This document shows positions 62,694 to 64,000 of a stretch of DNA of 64,000 nucleotides, piece by piece. Location of the stretch: positions 3,162,001 through 3,226,000 of the forward strand of contig CM102290.1 in assembly GCA_046563655.1 (NCBI GenBank). The letters are read 5' to 3'. Positions within the stretch are counted from its first letter, which is position 1, and every line of letters starts with the position of its first letter. The notes below the pieces were generated by a model. It did no database searches and was not told where the DNA came from. It saw only the letters and a list, made by a program, of their open reading frames with translations. The translations under genes and the position numbers were made by a program. Source of the stretch: Yuukianura sp. NJ FZ-2021 (Eukaryota).

Positions 62694-64000
62694 TTACTTG
62701 CTGTAGCCCCCTGATGTGGCTACTGGAGCACCATAGCTTGACTGTGGTGGAGCACCGTAGCTTGACTTCGGTGGAGCACCGTAGCTGGATTGTGGTGGGG
62801 CACCATAGCTAGACTGTGGCGGAGCACCGTAGCTTGATTGAGGGGCTGGTCCATGACCTTCGAAAACAGCGGCGACTATAATGATTTGTTTTAATTTAAA
62901 AAATTTAAGAATGCCATACCTCCTGTGGGTGCTCCGTATTGCTGACTGCCACCTTTGCCGCCACCGCCACCTGACGGGGCTCCGTAGCTTGATGAGGGAC
63001 CTGATGGGGCTGGAAAGTAAATTAAACATAAAAATAGGTTTGGTGTGCCTTGGATTTCGAACTTTTTAAAACAACAGTAAATGACTTGCCTCCGTATTGT
63101 TGCTGGCCTGACGAACCTTTAGACGAGCCACCTAAAGAACAAATTCAAACTACTATTTCATGCAAGACTGAAATAATCCGGCGCTAAGTACCTGGTGCAC
63201 CATAGCTTTGACTTGGTGGTGAGCCATAGCTTTGACTGGGTGGTGAGCCATAACTTTGGCTTGGTGGCGATCCATAACTTTGACTTGGTTGTGATGGTGA
63301 GCCATAGCTTTGACTTGGTGGGGAACCATAACTTTGACTTGGTGCCGATGGTGATCCATAGCTTTGGCTTGGTGCCGATGGTGAGCCATAGCTTTGACTT
63401 GGTGGGGCTCCGTAGCTCTGACTTGATGATCCTCCACCGGAAGGTGCACCATAAGTTGAAGCCGGTGGAGCTGTCATAAGACGGTATTTAGCACTGATGT
63501 GAAACATTAGTTTGTACGGTTGAAGAATTTAATTTTCGAAAGGTTTACCTCCATAACTTTGTTGCGGTGCAGCTTTTGGAGCTGTCAAACGCAGGCCAAA
63601 AATTTAGCAAATGAACTGTAACTTAGCAACACTGACCATTGTGCTTAACCTCACCTGAGTATTGCGGAACTGGGCCTATCGTAGGACTCCCGTATGCAGG
63701 AGACGGACTCTTATATCCAGACGACGCTAAATTTCATCAAATTTTGACTGAAATTAACTTTACCGCTCTACATCATTTAATGATAAATTGCATACCTCCT
63801 CCTCCACCGGAAGAGTAGCCGGTAGGTGCCGAGTATGAGCTGGATCCACCCCCTCCGCCTAGATTTACAAATGTTAGCTGATTGTTTAACAGAATTAAAG
63901 TAAATGTAGCTTACCGCCACCAGAGGAGTATCCACCCGAAGAGCCACCGCCTAAGACATGGAAATGAATTAAAATTATAATTAAACTCAAATTTGTTGAA
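62694..64000 (-). CDS. Gly/Ser/Pro-rich SYGAP/SYGSP-repeat structural protein (pro-resilin/cuticle-like); 5' part outside window
   Basis: PPQSSYGAP and PSQSYGSP tandem repeats are spread over many short exons with phase-1 introns. Ends GGYSK*. Confidence 0.8.

Overview
Compact-intron eukaryotic genomic DNA (introns mostly 55-100 nt; gene content fits an arthropod or other ecdysozoan, which is an inference). Minus-strand genes: F-spondin, a large ZFC3H1-like low-complexity protein, lambda-crystallin (CRYL1), Drosha, an FGD-type RhoGEF, a makorin, PPIL1, a small CaaX-ending orphan, ANP32 and an SYGAP-repeat cuticle-type protein. Plus strand: a divergent DHX33-like helicase. Between CRYL1 and the helicase is an ~11 kb accessory island. 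Its centrepiece is a young non-autonomous Ty3/gypsy-type LTR element (17910-23553, identical 261-bp LTRs, AGAG target-site duplication). The element keeps an intact gag, only shreds of pol, and an extra 3' ORF resembling the catalytically degenerate C-terminal half of Rrp6/RNase D (Exo III motif plus HRDC). It also carries 4-5 dispersed copies of one RNA stem-loop with compensatory base changes. Next to it are three perfect heat-shock elements, a WDR3/Utp12 pseudogene fragment and a 570-bp tandem array. Several fold-back MITE-like elements are present, including one in the helicase 3' UTR facing Drosha and one inside a Drosha intron. All homology calls come from motif recognition by eye, not from database searches.
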